Shown here: positions 40,226 to 53,405 of the stretch, piece by piece | Layout of the letters: each line of letters starts with the position of its first letter | Position numbering within the stretch: the stretch's first letter is position 1 | NCBI GenBank assembly: GCA_010405405.1 | Contig: MU004236.1 | Location: forward strand, 1,060,070-1,124,069 | Direction: 5' to 3' | DNA: 64,000 nucleotides | DNA from: Microthyrium microscopicum | Lineage: Eukaryota | Position numbers and translations under genes: made by a program | Notes under the pieces: generated by a model | The model's database searches: none | Told to the model about the DNA's origin: nothing | What the model saw: the letters and a program-made list of their open reading frames with translations, nothing else

Positions 40226-43200
40226 GGGATATTATAATTAGCCTCTATATTCTAGATATTTAGCTCTTAGATTCTAGATATTTAGTCCTTATAGTATCTA
40301 AAGCTAAGATCTTAGAGCACGAAGCCCTAACTCTAACTTAAATAAGCCTAGTAGTAGCTATATTTAGTTTAGTCTTAATATAATTATAGTAGAGTTAATT
40401 ACTAGCGTTAAGACTTGCGTAATAATTCCTTAAGTCTTAACTTTAAGTCTAACTTTACGTTATTATAACAAATTCCTTTATACTATAATAAATTCCTCTA
40501 CACTATAATAATACTATAATATTATAACTATATATAATATTACTTCTAATTCTAGACCCTTCTAATAGTTCGTAGCTATTCTCTAAAGTAGTAATTAAAG
40601 TAATTAAAAAATATAGTAATTTATATAGTTACGCTATTAATACTTATTAATTAAAGCTTAATAGCACTATACTAGATATTTTAGCTAAAAAATATACTTA
40701 TTATCTTAAATATAACCTATCTCGTAAGCCTAAAAATATATTAACTAGACTTTAAAATAATATAGAATTAAAATAGTAGAATTACTCTTAAAAGATTATT
40801 ATATAGAAAGATAATATAATAAAATAATAGGCCCTTAAATACTATAAGTTTAAATATAACTATAATTCCTCTTAAGGTTCTTCTATATACGTATTAAATT
40901 ATTATAATAATTTAAAAAAGAATAATAGTATTAATAAACTTTTTAACGCCTCTTATAATAGTATTTAAACTTAACGCTTAATAAGTACTATTACTATAGA
41001 GTAACTAACTATATTTAATACTAAAGATATTACTAATCTCTTTTAAAAAGAACGCTATTTATAACTAAAAGGGTATACCTTAATTAAAGCTATAATAGAT
41101 ATTCTAGAAGAAGATAAAGATTAGATTTATGAAGTACTTTTAAATAAGAATAGTATATTGAAAGCTTTATTCTTTATAATATTAAAGTAAATTAAGATGT
41201 TTTAATTGTATTTAGATATCTTACTAATAGACTTAATATACTATATAAACTAATATAATATGCTACTATTCTACCTTATTAATATAATACTAACAAACTA
41301 ATACTTCTTTATAGGATTTATCTTCTTATCTAGTAAGAGAATTCTAAATTATATATAAGCTCTTTATATATTTAATATATATATTTAATATAATAGGTTA
41401 AAGCTTCTAAATATTATTCTTATTAATAAATATAATAGTTTAAAAGTAGCTATTAAGGTTAAATTCCCTAGTATTTAATAAATAATATATATATTTTATA
41501 TTAATTAAGTAGTTAAAGTTTACTTTAAGTTAATATTTAGTACTATTAGTAAGCTATTAAGTTTAATTATTTTTAATATATTAATTTTAAAATAAAATAT
41601 TATTATATTAATATAGTAAGATATTATAAATACGTACTCTTTAGAGATATATAATACTACCTAGTTAAGCTTTATTAATACGTTTAATAGTAAATAGGAC
41701 CTATTATCCTACCTTTATAATTATTAGTTAACTATTTAAGATAATTTTTATAAAATATTCCTAAAGAATATTCTCTATTTTAGTATTTTTACTACTTTAC
41801 TACTAGAGAGCTTTTATAGTATAATTAAACTTTAGTTATAAAGCGCGTACTTAAACCTTAATATAGTAGTTAATATATATAAGAAATAGATATATTTAGC
41901 TATTAATAATATTTAAAAAGCTATAGCTAAAAATATATTTTAAATTTTATCTTAACTTTAACTTTTAGTTATTCTAATTCTTTCTTTATATATTTATACT
42001 ACTATATTAAATTATACTTTTAAAATAATTACTAATTAATAGCTTTTAGCTAAAAATCTTATATACTTAAACTTCTATAGTAGTATCTTTACTTTAGTAT
42101 TTAGTTTACTTTATTACTATTATATTTAAGATTACTATATATAGAATTTAGAATAAACTCTAAATAGAACTAATATTAATTTATATTAGTACTATAAATA
42201 ACTTTAAAATACTAAAGAACTTATTCTTATAGTAGAATTCTTACTAGAGCTTAAGCTTCTTTAAATTTTATAAATTCTAGTACTAAATAATATATATAGT
42301 AGTAATTACTTTTAATCTAATAAAATAGCTACTTCTACTTATTAAGATTTCTTATTTTAGGAGATTTCTACTACTTTAATAGCTTTAATATCTTTAATAG
42401 TGCTAATACTTTTAATAGTACTTCTAAAATATAAATAGGAATGTCCTTATAAGAATATAATTATAATAGCGTTAAATAGTAGTAATTTAGCTATAATAAC
42501 TTTATTAGTGCTTATAGTAATTAAAGAGGACTCTAATAAGAATTTTAAGAATATTAATATAATTCTTAGAGCTCTACTAGATCTTATTTAGGCTATTAAC
42601 TTAGCTAAAGATACTAATTAGGCTAAAGATAGTAATTAGGCTAAAGCTAAAGCTCTATAGTATAAGAAGTATATTATTAAACTATTAGTATACATTTATA
42701 AGAATATTATAGCTAATAAAGATCTTAAGATAGTAGAATTATACTACTAAATTATAACTCTTTAGGCTACTTTAGCTTAATTAATATTATAATATAAAGG
42801 GTATAGAGAGTATAGATTTTATAGAGAATAAGGAGAATAAGCTTATAATAAGTAATAATAATATTATTATACTAAAAATAGAGTTAGGATTAGATATAGA
42901 ATACTTAATTTATTACTATACTAAAAATAAGGTTAAGATATATTATAGAATAATTATTTTATACTTTAAAAATAGTAAAGAGATATTATATAGTTAGAAT
43001 TCTATAGATCTTATAGTTTTATATCTAAAATTATAGAATTCTTAGGATTATAGCTTTAAAGCTACTAGTATAGTTTTAGTATTTTAGCTTTTAAAATATT
43101 AGATCTTTAGATACTAAAATTATACTTTAGTACTATTATAATACTATAGATTATATTATAAACTTCCTATTTAGGAATAGCTTTAGAATATCTTAGCTTT

Positions 43201-43274
43201 AGATACTATAGAGGCTAAATATCTAGAATCTAAGGGCTAAATATCTAGAATATAGGAGCTAATTATAATATTCT
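40226..43274 (+). mobile_element. Nested second copy of the same MULE (3049 bp), same orientation, RIP-inactivated
   Basis: RIP-mutated TIRs (GGGATATTATAATTAGCCTC... and ...GGAGCTAATTATAATATTCT); 9-bp TSD TATATTAAA at 40217-40225 and 43275-43283; collinear with the outer copy. Confidence 0.92.
40800..42200 (+). pseudogene. Ghost MULE transposase (FAR1/HNH, DDE and GLPCxH regions), destroyed by RIP; true ends not determined
   Basis: Reversing C>T/G>A changes by eye gives YPDILLMDSTYRTNRYNMPLF (~41209), VILTD...AI...FP...ICIFHINQ (~41410-41510), TTS..ES.H..IK (~41791) and C.GVFTSVFGLPCCH (~42076). Confidence 0.8.
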
Positions 43275-45566
43275 TATATTAAAAGCTTTATTTTTTATAA
43301 TATTAGAGTAAATTAAGATATTTTAATTATATTTAGATATCTTACTAATAAACTTAATATACTATATAAATTAATATAATATATTACTATTCTACTTTAT
43401 TAATACTATACTAATATACTAATATTTCTCTATAGAATTTACTTTCTTATTTAGTAAAGAAATTCTAGATTATATATAAGCTCTTTATATATTTAATATA
43501 TATATTTAATATAATAAGTTAAAGTCTTTAAATATTATTCTTACTAATAAATATAATAGTTTAAAAGTAGCTATTAAAGTTAAATTTCTTAGTATTTAAT
43601 AAATAATATATATATTTTATATTAATTAAGTAGTTAAAACTTACTTTAAGTTAATATTTAATACTATTAATAAGCTATTAGGTTTAATTACTTTTAATAT
43701 ATTAATTTTAAAGTAAAATACTACTATATTAATATAGTAAGATATTATAAATATATACTCTTTAAAGATATATAATACTACTTAGTTAAGCTTTATTAGT
43801 ATATTTAATAGTAAATAGGACCTATTATCTTACCTTTATAATTATTAGTTAACTATTTAAGATAACTTTTATAAAGCGTTTCTAAAGAATACTCTTTATT
43901 TTAGTATTCTTACTACTTTACTATTAAAGAACTTCTATAGTATAATTAAACTTTAGTTATAAAGTATATACTTAAATCTTAATATAGTAATTAATATATA
44001 TAATAAATAAATATATTTAGTTATTAATAATATTTAAAAAGCTATAATTAAAGATATACTTTAAATTTTATTTTAACTTTAATTTTTAATTATTCTAATT
44101 CTTTCTTTATATATTTATATTACTATATTAAATTACGTTCTTAAAATAATTACTAATTAATAGCTTTTAACTAAAAATCTTATATACTTAGACTTTTATA
44201 ATAACGTCTTTATCTTAGTATTTAGTCTACTTTATTACTATTATATTTAAGATTACTATATATAGAATTTAGAATAAACTCTAGATAGAACTAATATTAA
44301 TTTATATTAGTATTATAAATAACTTTAAGATACTAAAGAACTTATTCCTATAGTAAGATTTCTATTAGAGCCTAAACTTTTTTAAATTCTATAAGTTCTA
44401 GTATTAAATAATATATATAGTAGTAGTTACTCTTAATCTAATAAAATAGCTATTTCTATCTATTAAGATCTCTTATTTTAGGAGATTCTTATTACTTTAA
44501 TAACTTTAGTATCTTTAATAGTATTAATACTTTTAATAGTACCTTTAAAATATAAATAAAGATGTCCTTATAAGAATATAACTATAGTAATATTAAATAG
44601 TAGTAATTTAGCTATAATAACTTTATTAGCGCTTATAATAATTAAAAAGAACTCTAATAAGGATTTTAAGAATATTAACGTAATTCTTAAAGCTTTACTA
44701 GATTCTATTTAAGCTATTAACTTAGCTAAAGATACTAATTAGACTAAAGATAATAATTAAGCTAAAGCTAAAGCTTTATAGCATAAAAAGTATATTATTA
44801 AATTATTAATGCGCATTTATAAGAATATTATAGCTAATAAGAATCTTAAGATAATAGAATTACGCTACTAAATTATAGCTCTTTAGGCTACTTTAGCTTA
44901 ACTAATACTATAATATAAAAAATATAAAGGGTATAGATCTTATAAAGAATAAAGAAAATAAGCTTATAATAAGTAATTATAATATTACTATACTAAAAAT
45001 AAAGTTAGAATTAGATATAGAATACTTAATTTATTACTATACTAAAAATAAAGTTAAGATATATTATAGAATAATTATTTTATACTTTAAAAATAGTAAA
45101 GAGATATTATATAGTTAGAATTCTATAAATCTTATAGTTTTATACCTAAAATTATAAAATTCTTAGGATTATAGCTTTAAAACTACTAACGTAGTTTTAG
45201 TATTTTAGCTTTTAAAATATTAGATCTTTAAATACTAAAATTATGCTTTAGTACTATTGTAATACTATAAATTATATTATAGACTTCCTATTTAGGAATA
45301 GCTTTAGAATATCTTAGCTTTAGATACTATAGGGGCCAAATATCTAGAATCTAAGGGCCAAATATCTGGAATGTAGGGGCCAATTATAACATCCCTAATG
45401 TTTACACTTCAATTAGAGGCCCCTGTCAGAAGGGTTAGGGCTACTACGTAATCTCCAAAAGCTCCCCCAGCAAGTTCAAATCATTCGATCACTCCACCTC
45501 AATCCTCCCATAAACATCTTCAAACTCACCAAACCAAACTCCTCAATCCCTAAAACAGCCTTCATC

Positions 45567-46013
45567 ATGCTCCGCACTACCTTCGCCCGATCCATTCGCA
45601 CATTTACCACCGCTCGCCCACTCATGGCCGCTGGCGATACTGGTGCCGGCGCTGGCCGACCAACCGGTGCAGCGGGAGGGTTCGTCGAATTACAATCTTT
45701 GCTGAATGGATCAGGAAACTGACTGGCTATACAGAGATGCATTCACAAAGCGTGAGAAGGGTCAGGAAGATATGTGGGTAAAGAATGAAGAGCGACAAAA
45801 GTAGGTCTCACCATGGATATTGGAGTAGAGAAGTGGATGCTAATCACAATTCAACAGACTTATGGCACTGAAAGAGAAGCTTGGCGCCCAGAAGAAGCAT
45901 ATCACAGAACTCGAGAAGGAGATGTAAGTTGCAGAGACTTGCGCAATTATAGGATGGAGCTAATGTATGACAGCGATAATATGGTTAACAAGGGCGATCA
46001 CCACGGCGAATAA
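45567..46013 (+). CDS. INH1: Mitochondrial F1Fo-ATPase inhibitor IF1
   Basis: Four small exons missed by the ORF track: MLRTTFARSIRTFTTARPLMAAGDTGAG...GG|DAFTKREKGQEDMWVKNEERQK|LMALKEKLGAQKKHITELEKEI|DNMVNKGDHHGE*. Confidence 0.92.
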
Positions 46014-46331
46014 ATCCATAGTAACAGAAGCAAATGAAGCAGAGACTAGCGATATTCGTGGCTAGGAATAAGAGAAGCGTTGGTTGAAGGAATGAACCCC
46101 ACTCAAGTAAAGTGTACATCATGTTGTTGAGTAGCAAGTATCATATGCAAATATTGAATTTTAAAGGCATACACAACGCCTTGCTTTTTTGCTGTCCTAA
46201 CTTCTACCCAACGGCCAAGTCGCACTGACTTCAAAGACCCGTTTTTCATCCCTTTACGCAGGAAGTGCTTTGCAAATAGTCAACTGCATTAGTAGTACAA
46301 ATTATGTCCTGTCACATTACGCCTGTAAAGT

Positions 46332-48250
46332 CTAACGTGTACGCCGGAAACTCCGCATGAACTCGTCAGTTGGATCAGTTCCAGATCGCCAGTCGCCGCC
46401 GTCCATGGCCTTTTGTGCTTTTTGAGCTTCTTTGACCTTGGCTTGTAGGAGTGAAGCGTCCATATCGATCTTTTGTAGTTGCATGAGATGAGAGTTGAGG
46501 ACACGGACCACATTGGATAGCTAGCTGGTATTAGTGACTGCTTATATGCGATCGAGATCCTGAGACTTACTGGATCATCAGTTCCTTTAGTGTTATTCAA
46601 TAGACTGCTGACTGCGTTGATTTCTTCTATCACATCTACGAGATCCTTGTTGAGGCCATCGAGGCGATCAGTAAGCTTCTCAGCGAGTTTGAATCTGACC
46701 TATTGTTAGTATGATCCTTTTTAAATCATGGGAAAAACATACGTTCGTTCTCTCTCCACATCGGTACCAGTAGAATCACCGCTGAGACCAGCCTTCATTA
46801 TCAAATCATCAGCGTCCTTTTCGTACTTATCTAGCCACTGTTCTAGCTCTTCTTGATGGTTTTCGACAGAGGTCAATTGCCGTTCAACCTCACCAGCATC
46901 CCGCTCAGCCTGAAATGTCTTGGCCACTAACTTGCTGATCTTGTCGGCATTTGTAACGAGAACACGATCCCACTCTGCAACTTGTTCCGCCTGTTTTTGG
47001 AACTCTTTCTGATACTTTGTGAGATCGGTAGCCCAACGGGTCAGAATTTCATCCATGGACTTGTTCTTGAGACGTGAAGCAGTATTTTGACCGGGCAAGG
47101 GGCCCAATCCTGCAAGTGGCGGGAAGGCTGTCGATGCAGCCGGTGCAGGGGCAGGGTTGACGACGGGCGTGGTGGCTGCTGGTGCTGATACTGCTGGTGC
47201 ACTCGTTGCTGCTGTGTTCGTGGCTGCTGGCGCGGCTGGCTTGGCACCGAACAGGTTGCTTGTTGGTGCTGGGGCAGCGCTCGTGGCCGGTGAAGCTGCT
47301 GGTTTAGCCGCAAATAAAGATGGTGCTGCTCCAGTGGATGAAGCTGGAGCTTGGTTGAATAGTGACTTTTGGGCTGGGGCAGAAGTTGTAGCAGTGGTCG
47401 CAGCTGGGGCCGTGGTAGTGCCCGGAGCTGCTGGAGTTGCAGCACTTGATGTTGGACGATTGAACAGATTGGAGAGTGATGGTGCGGGTGCAGAATTTGA
47501 AGGTGCAGATGCAGGCGCTATAGCAGTAGTTTGTGCCTGAAAACTTAAGCCAGACTGGGTGGTCGCTGCTGGTGCCTGAAAGCTGAGTGTCTTGGTCTGC
47601 TGCGTCGCGGGGGTTTGTGAAGGGGTTGCTGCGGTGGAGGTTGGTGTTAATGCTTGTTTACTAGGAGCGGGCGTTGCTGCGGCTTTGTTAAAGCTGAAAG
47701 CATTGGCAGATCCAGGATTTGATGGAACAGCTCCAAATAGTGGTTTTGGACCACCACCTAGAGTTGGAGGGGGAGCAGCTGGCGTTGTAGAAGATGGTGC
47801 TTGGAACTTTGGGGCTGCCGGAGTTGTAGAGCCAGTATTGAAGAGCGATACGGGTTTATTGCCATCTGATGGTGTGGCTTTGGTCGCGAATGCTGAGGCA
47901 TTGGAACCAACTGCTCCAAAGATGCTCTTCGGGGCCTCTCCTGTTGAGCTGGCAGCTCCGAATGGATTGGCTGCAGGCGCGCTGGATGCGTCTGGTTTAT
48001 TGAAAGCAAATAGTCCTCCTGCGGACGGAGCAGGGGTATTCGCAGTGTTGCCAAATAGAGTTGATTTGGCCGGACCAGAGCTTGTAGGTGTTGAGCCAAA
48101 CAATGTACCAGCAGAAGTGGCTGGCGCAGCACCGAACAATGATTTGTTCTCAGTTGAAGATGCCGGAGGAGTATTAGCGGCGGCAGGAGTAGAGCCAAAG
48201 AGGCCTTTGCCGGCACTTCCACCAGCGGCGCCAAAGTTGAAGGCAGACAT
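46332..48250 (-). CDS. NSP1: Nucleoporin Nsp1/Nup62
   Basis: FG-rich (LFG/SLF) N-terminus; C-terminal coiled coil LKNKSMDEILTRWATDL.KYQKEF..QA..VAEWDR; two introns; VRVLNSHLMQLQKID. Confidence 0.93.
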
Positions 48251-48745
48251 CGTGAGGTTGATGGATTGAAGGTTGCGGAGGGTCGAGAGACAGCAGCGCG
48301 CGGCTGTGAGAAGAGAAACTGAAAAAGTCGACAGTACAGGCGATACGAAAAAGGTTTGCGTATTTCGGTTTGATGCTAGGTTGTGTTGGGACAAGGAATT
48401 TGGCGGTTGGGTTGAAGGTTTTACGAAGAACTGAAGTGCAACGCGCTTTGATGTTCAAGACGTTGGTCGCGAGGCAGGCAAGAAGCAAGCTCCAACAAGG
48501 AAGGAGCGAACTGCTAAAATGGCAAGAACCAGTCAGCGTCAAGGTAGGAACGTTGAGAGCCAATGGCATATTGCCAAGACATTTCTACTTCTCATCTCCA
48601 GGTCCCAAGACAAGGCAGACTACACAGCACAACTTGTTAGGAACTACTTCCCAATCGTCCTTATAAATCACCCTGTGTCCAATATCTCCTCTTCTTCTCA
48701 TGCCCAACAATTTCCTTCTTTGACAACTTCGTATTTGACCTCACT

Positions 48746-50431
48746 ATGGCTGATGAGACATTATCCCCTCCTCGTAAGAGCGTCGAGCTCCAAGACCCCG
48801 GAGCCCATAATTTAGGTACAACTTTCAATCCACAATTCACAATTCCCAACTGACTCGACAAGACTCCTCAGATGAGAGCAGTGATCAATTCACCGACGCC
48901 TCCGAAGGCAGAAGACGAGCTCCCTCACAGTCGTCCCAACGTTCAGCCCGATCTCCTATTCCCGTGACTCGGGTCGAACGTGTTGATGACGAGCCGGCCT
49001 ACGGAGAAGTTCCTGGAACCGATGCATACAATAAGCGCACTTTTGACGCTGTTCCCGACGAAGTCGAAGTCATTAGTCGCAGCAGAAGTGCCTCTCGAGT
49101 CAATCTCTCAGACCGCCCACGAACGCCTAGCGAAATGCCCATCCCCAAGATCGTTGCCCTGAAAATCGACCCTGACCAGCCTGCTTATGGCGATGTCCCT
49201 GGCACCGATGCATATGAGAAGAGAAGGGCAGATGCTGTTCCGGATGTTATTCTCAAGAGCCCAGATTCTGGTCAAGCAGAAAACAATCCCTTCAGGTCTA
49301 CCAAGACAGAGTCATCCGGTATGTGATAGTATTTTATGCCACCCAACCGCATTTTGACGGTACAAGGATCGCCAACTGCGTCATTATATAGATCTCCCCT
49401 CGAAGGCCATTCCCGCAACCAATCTCATGCCAGCCCCATAGATATCTCGACCGATAATCCCGCCATCGCCGATGCCGCCTCTAACGACGACGCACACGAT
49501 GATACGGGATTTGGTGATGACTTTGATGACTTTGAGGAAGGAGAGGCGGGTGATGATGATGACTTTGGGGATTTTGATGATGGGTTCCAAGAGGGTGAGG
49601 CGGCGGAGGGCGTGGATGTACCATCTAGTCTTCCTGCTGTAGTCAATCCCCCACCCCCTTGGGTAATAGTAAGCTACACTATCCTAAAATCTTCGTGTCT
49701 ATATATGTGAAGCTGACCTATTTCCCAAGCCTGCTTTTGACTGGAGCGAAATCGATAGCATCGACGAAATAACCGCCGCCCTTGGCCCATACACCGACAA
49801 ACTTTATCCCGATGCATCACTCATATCTGCCTTGCAGCCACCCTCACCTCCACCTCATACATTTCTTTCCGATCGCCGCCTCTCCCTCTACCAACAGTTA
49901 GTAGCACCGCCTCCCCTCGCACCACCGAACTGGCTACGCTCCCGCATCCGTCGCCTCTTCTTGGTATCCCTTGGCGTTCCCGTTGATCTAGACGAAATCC
50001 TCCCAGCTTCTAAACAAAAGAAGCTCATCCTCCCCTCCTTCGCCTCCCCCCGTGGCTCCACCGACAGCCGCCGCTCGCCCAACCCGACAGCCCGACTCAA
50101 AGGCGCCAACGATAGCAGCGTTAGCGTCGACTCTTGGGGCAATGATCTTACACGACGCAACAGCAGCCGTCGGCCGCGAGAAGTCGACTCGGAACCCACA
50201 TTTGAATCAGCAGAAGCCGTGCGATTGGGCGCGACAACAATAGAAGCGCTAGCAGGAATGGGAGACGAGGAGTTGCAAGCGCATGTGAAGCGAGTAGAGG
50301 AGATGGGAGAGCGGGCTAGAGAGGCTCTTGGGTACTGGGAGCGGAGGAGGGAGGGCGCAGTCAAGGAGAAGGAGGCGTTTGAGGGGGTGATTGAGAATCT
50401 GGTGAAGCATGCGCGGAAGGTGCGGAAGTGA
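48746..50431 (+). CDS. AP-1 adaptor accessory protein, Laa2/DUF5102-like
   Basis: MADETLSPPRKSVELQDPG; acidic FGDDFDDF and FGDF motifs; C-terminal LVAPPPL.PPNWLRSRIRRLFLVSLGVPVDLDEILP and KEAFEGVIENLVKHARK; about 3 introns. Confidence 0.72.
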
Positions 50432-51604
50432 TGGGTGACTAGTAGACGATATTGTAGCTGTCATGGCATGTTCAGTTGGCGTGAAAGCCAAGACTCATGC
50501 ATATTGAGACTAGATAATTTATTACACATTACATGGTGATCTATTGATTTTCGCGTGATGGCGATGTAATATAGACATATTACTAGCTTTGAAGTTGTAC
50601 CAGATGATAGGCAGCAGGTGGACATGATTAGATGATACTCTTTCATCAAGTTTGACCTTGGAGTAAGAATATATGCTTTTATTTATATCGCATCTGATGG
50701 CCAATAGAGTATATGATATCAGTATATCAGCAATCATCGAGAATGTCCAGAGGCTGTCTGTACTAGGTGGTTTGATGATGGATTCGTACCCTTCAATCTG
50801 GGAGCGTTTGAGGGATTATTAGTAGCGGGCACGAGACGAAACGGCGAAGAGCATGCTGTGGATCAGCAATAATCTGGGGGGCTGAAGTTAGCGATAGATG
50901 ACGAGAATGGCCTGAAAATTACAGGGATGGGCTGAGTAAGTATATGCTAGCTTTATATGGCTTAGTTGGTTCATACGCAGAAGGTACGATGGGAAATGGT
51001 CGATACTCATCTCTCCTCATCAGATTGGTGTAAGATGAGCTTTTAATGTATCGCCGCCGATGTGGGATACATTACTGAAATCGGGTCTTTAACAGGAAGA
51101 AACAAAGGAGCAGTTTGCAAGGTGGTTATTTATGTCATGTCCATAATGAATGGATGAATGAATGCAGGGGGTCAGCGCCGAGGAGGAGTGGCCCACCAAG
51201 AAACATGATGGTTGAAGTTCAGTGCTCACCTTACTGTCGGAGCACTCAGCAAACCAGCCAAACTCTTTCGCCAGCCAACCCAACGAGGAGCTGGTCCTGG
51301 AACCCTCTCCCCAAGATGACTTGCAACGCGTCCACTCATTCAAAACTAGCCCACGCCGCCCTTTACTCTCCCTATTCCTTTCAACTGATCTCCTCCAACC
51401 TTTTATCATCAGTTGCATTCTCACCACCTTCGCCTCACCACCAACACGCGACGCTGCATCCTGAATAATTTAGACTACTAGCCTTGCTGGCCTCACTGCC
51501 TGCTACAACTAAAAAATAATACTAAAGCTGCCTCGCCCTTGGTTCTGCCAACACCAACTTCAAACTCTTATTCAACCTAAATCCATCTACATCCATCAAG
51601 AACA

Positions 51605-52403
51605 ATGGCTCCATCATCAAATACAGCTACAAATGGCAAGGGTAAATCTAAAATAATTACCTTACATCTACGAGACGAACTGCTACGAAAGTTTCCTTAT
51701 GAAGCCACACCTTCAGCAATTCCATCATCGCCATCAAGTTCCAATGTCGACTCTACTGCCCAGGCAACTGCCACAGCCAACACACCTGATCCATCAGCGA
51801 GTGCATCAGGATTGCTCGCTCCACCAAACCCTATGAAGCGCAAAGGCATCCCTGGCCCAAAACCAGGCATGAAGCGAACTTCATCGCAGGCAAACATCGA
51901 TGGCCTGCCAAAACCTAGAGGAAAGCCAGGACCAAAAAAGAAAATGCGAGTGTACGTTTCTTTTAGTTTAACAACTTCTATTTGCTAACCTCTTTTGTAG
52001 GGATAATGTCAACGGCACCCTCGTCCCCGTCAACGCGCCCAAACTCAATCCTAAAGCCAGCGCTGGTGCTATCAACGCCAACCTACGTGCTTTGGATCGC
52101 ACCGGCAAGCCATGTCGTCGATGGACACGCGCTCCCTTTACAATCAAGAGCTTCACTGGTCAGGCCTGGGCCTCTGGATCATGGGGTGCTTCTAAACGAC
52201 CAGCTACACCAGTTGATGAGAATGGCAACCCGATTAATGGCGACAAGAGTGATGCGAGTGCGACACCCAGTGAAGCCGCTACCAAGCAGCATCAAGACAG
52301 CAGTGCTCTGCCAAGTGAGAAGAGTGTCAATGGCGATGCAGACACACCAATGCCGACTATTGCAGAAGCGGTTGCGAGTTCTCCAGCTCTAATTGCAGCA
52401 TAG
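51605..52403 (+). CDS. IES4: INO80 chromatin-remodelling complex subunit Ies4 (DUF1711)
   Basis: KIITLHL, KGIPGPKPG, GKPGPKKK, KLNPKASAGAINANLRALDRTGKPCRRW...IKSFTG; one intron. Confidence 0.85.
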
Positions 52404-53405
52404 ACCTATGCCAGGTGATGGCTATCTTCTTGGTTCGGACCGTGTGTTGGATTATTTGCATTGGGTATATGTACGGCATGATGATTTGATTTAGCATTAG
52501 CATTGTTAGGCGTTCTGGGAACCTGGCAGACACTCGTATGTCTAGTAGTCGGAATCACTAGCTGGGACACTCGGATTATGTTTCCTGTGTGGGCTTTAGT
52601 GCGTGTACAATAGCTTCAAAATAGAAGATTCGGGCCGCTAAAACTCAGAACCAATGTTCCCGTCAAGATCAGAGTTGAAGTCGTATAGTTCAGCATACAA
52701 ATGTACAGCCAGAATAGTGCGAAGGGCGTCGCCAAAGACTTTTGGCTTTTGCCTTTACACTAAAATATATCCCTCCAAATTCGAACTCATAAAAAATGAA
52801 GAAAACATTGGATATGAAGCAATCACGATGCAGATGGCGGTTTAGTCAGTCTCATAATCTGGTTGAGAGGGGAAAATAATGCAGGCGCGCATCACTCATC
52901 CACAGCTGCACCTCCAACTCCACGTCTTTAGCTCCCAGCAGCACGATATACAACTCCTCTTTCCCCCTGCCTACCCTTTCGCTCTCCTCCAATACCTGCA
53001 TTCAGCAGATACTTCTCGAGCTTGTTTTTCTTCTACCTTTGGGAACCGATAGCTCTGGCCCTTCGTGACGACCTCAGACACTCGCCGCTACAACTACTAG
53101 TATTGAACTCTCCCGATATCCGGCCGTTTTCCAGCTTTCACGGGACTTTAATCCTACCGCTGGCTATTTCCTTTGACCTTGCTAAGACATTGACACCTTT
53201 TCAAGCCGTCTTAGCTTCAGGGCCCAATTTACTTAGGCCAATAACCCTTATACATGCTCAATCGTCGATACCTTCTCCCATAACGCCGCCATCTCGCACG
53301 CCGCTGCCTCAAGGCATCCTTCCAAAAGTTGTGCCCGCCTTCGGGCGCCACAACAGATCAACTCCTTTCTACAATAAATCTGAGCATTAGTCGCTGCCAA
53401 GGCAA

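Larger units (their letters stand above)
39309..45395 (+). mobile_element. RIP-inactivated Mutator/MULE (Hop-like) DNA transposon, outer copy (3029 bp without insert), interrupted by a nested copy of itself
   Basis: 85-bp TIRs 39309-39393 and 45311-45395 (GGGATGTTATAATTGGCCCC...); perfect 9-bp TSD TAATGTTTA at 39300-39308 and 45396-45404; extreme TpA-rich composition. Confidence 0.93.

Noticed and set aside
39309..45395. AT-rich block as centromere, mitochondrial insertion (NUMT) or LTR retroelement
   Set aside because: Fully explained by two nested TIR elements with 9-bp TSDs and a MULE transposase ghost. The apparent direct repeats come from the nesting, not from LTRs.
48251..48394. TTG-initiated upstream extension of NSP1
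   Set aside because: Short, without convincing targeting composition; ATG 48250 has good context and a typical Nsp1 start.
50773..50885. TGATGA...CTGA as a box C/D snoRNA
   Set aside because: No terminal stem or recognisable rRNA-complementary guide could be identified by eye.
51221..51246. AGTGCTC...GAGCACT hairpin upstream of IES4
   Set aside because: A 7-bp stem is expected by chance in 64 kb; no supporting context.
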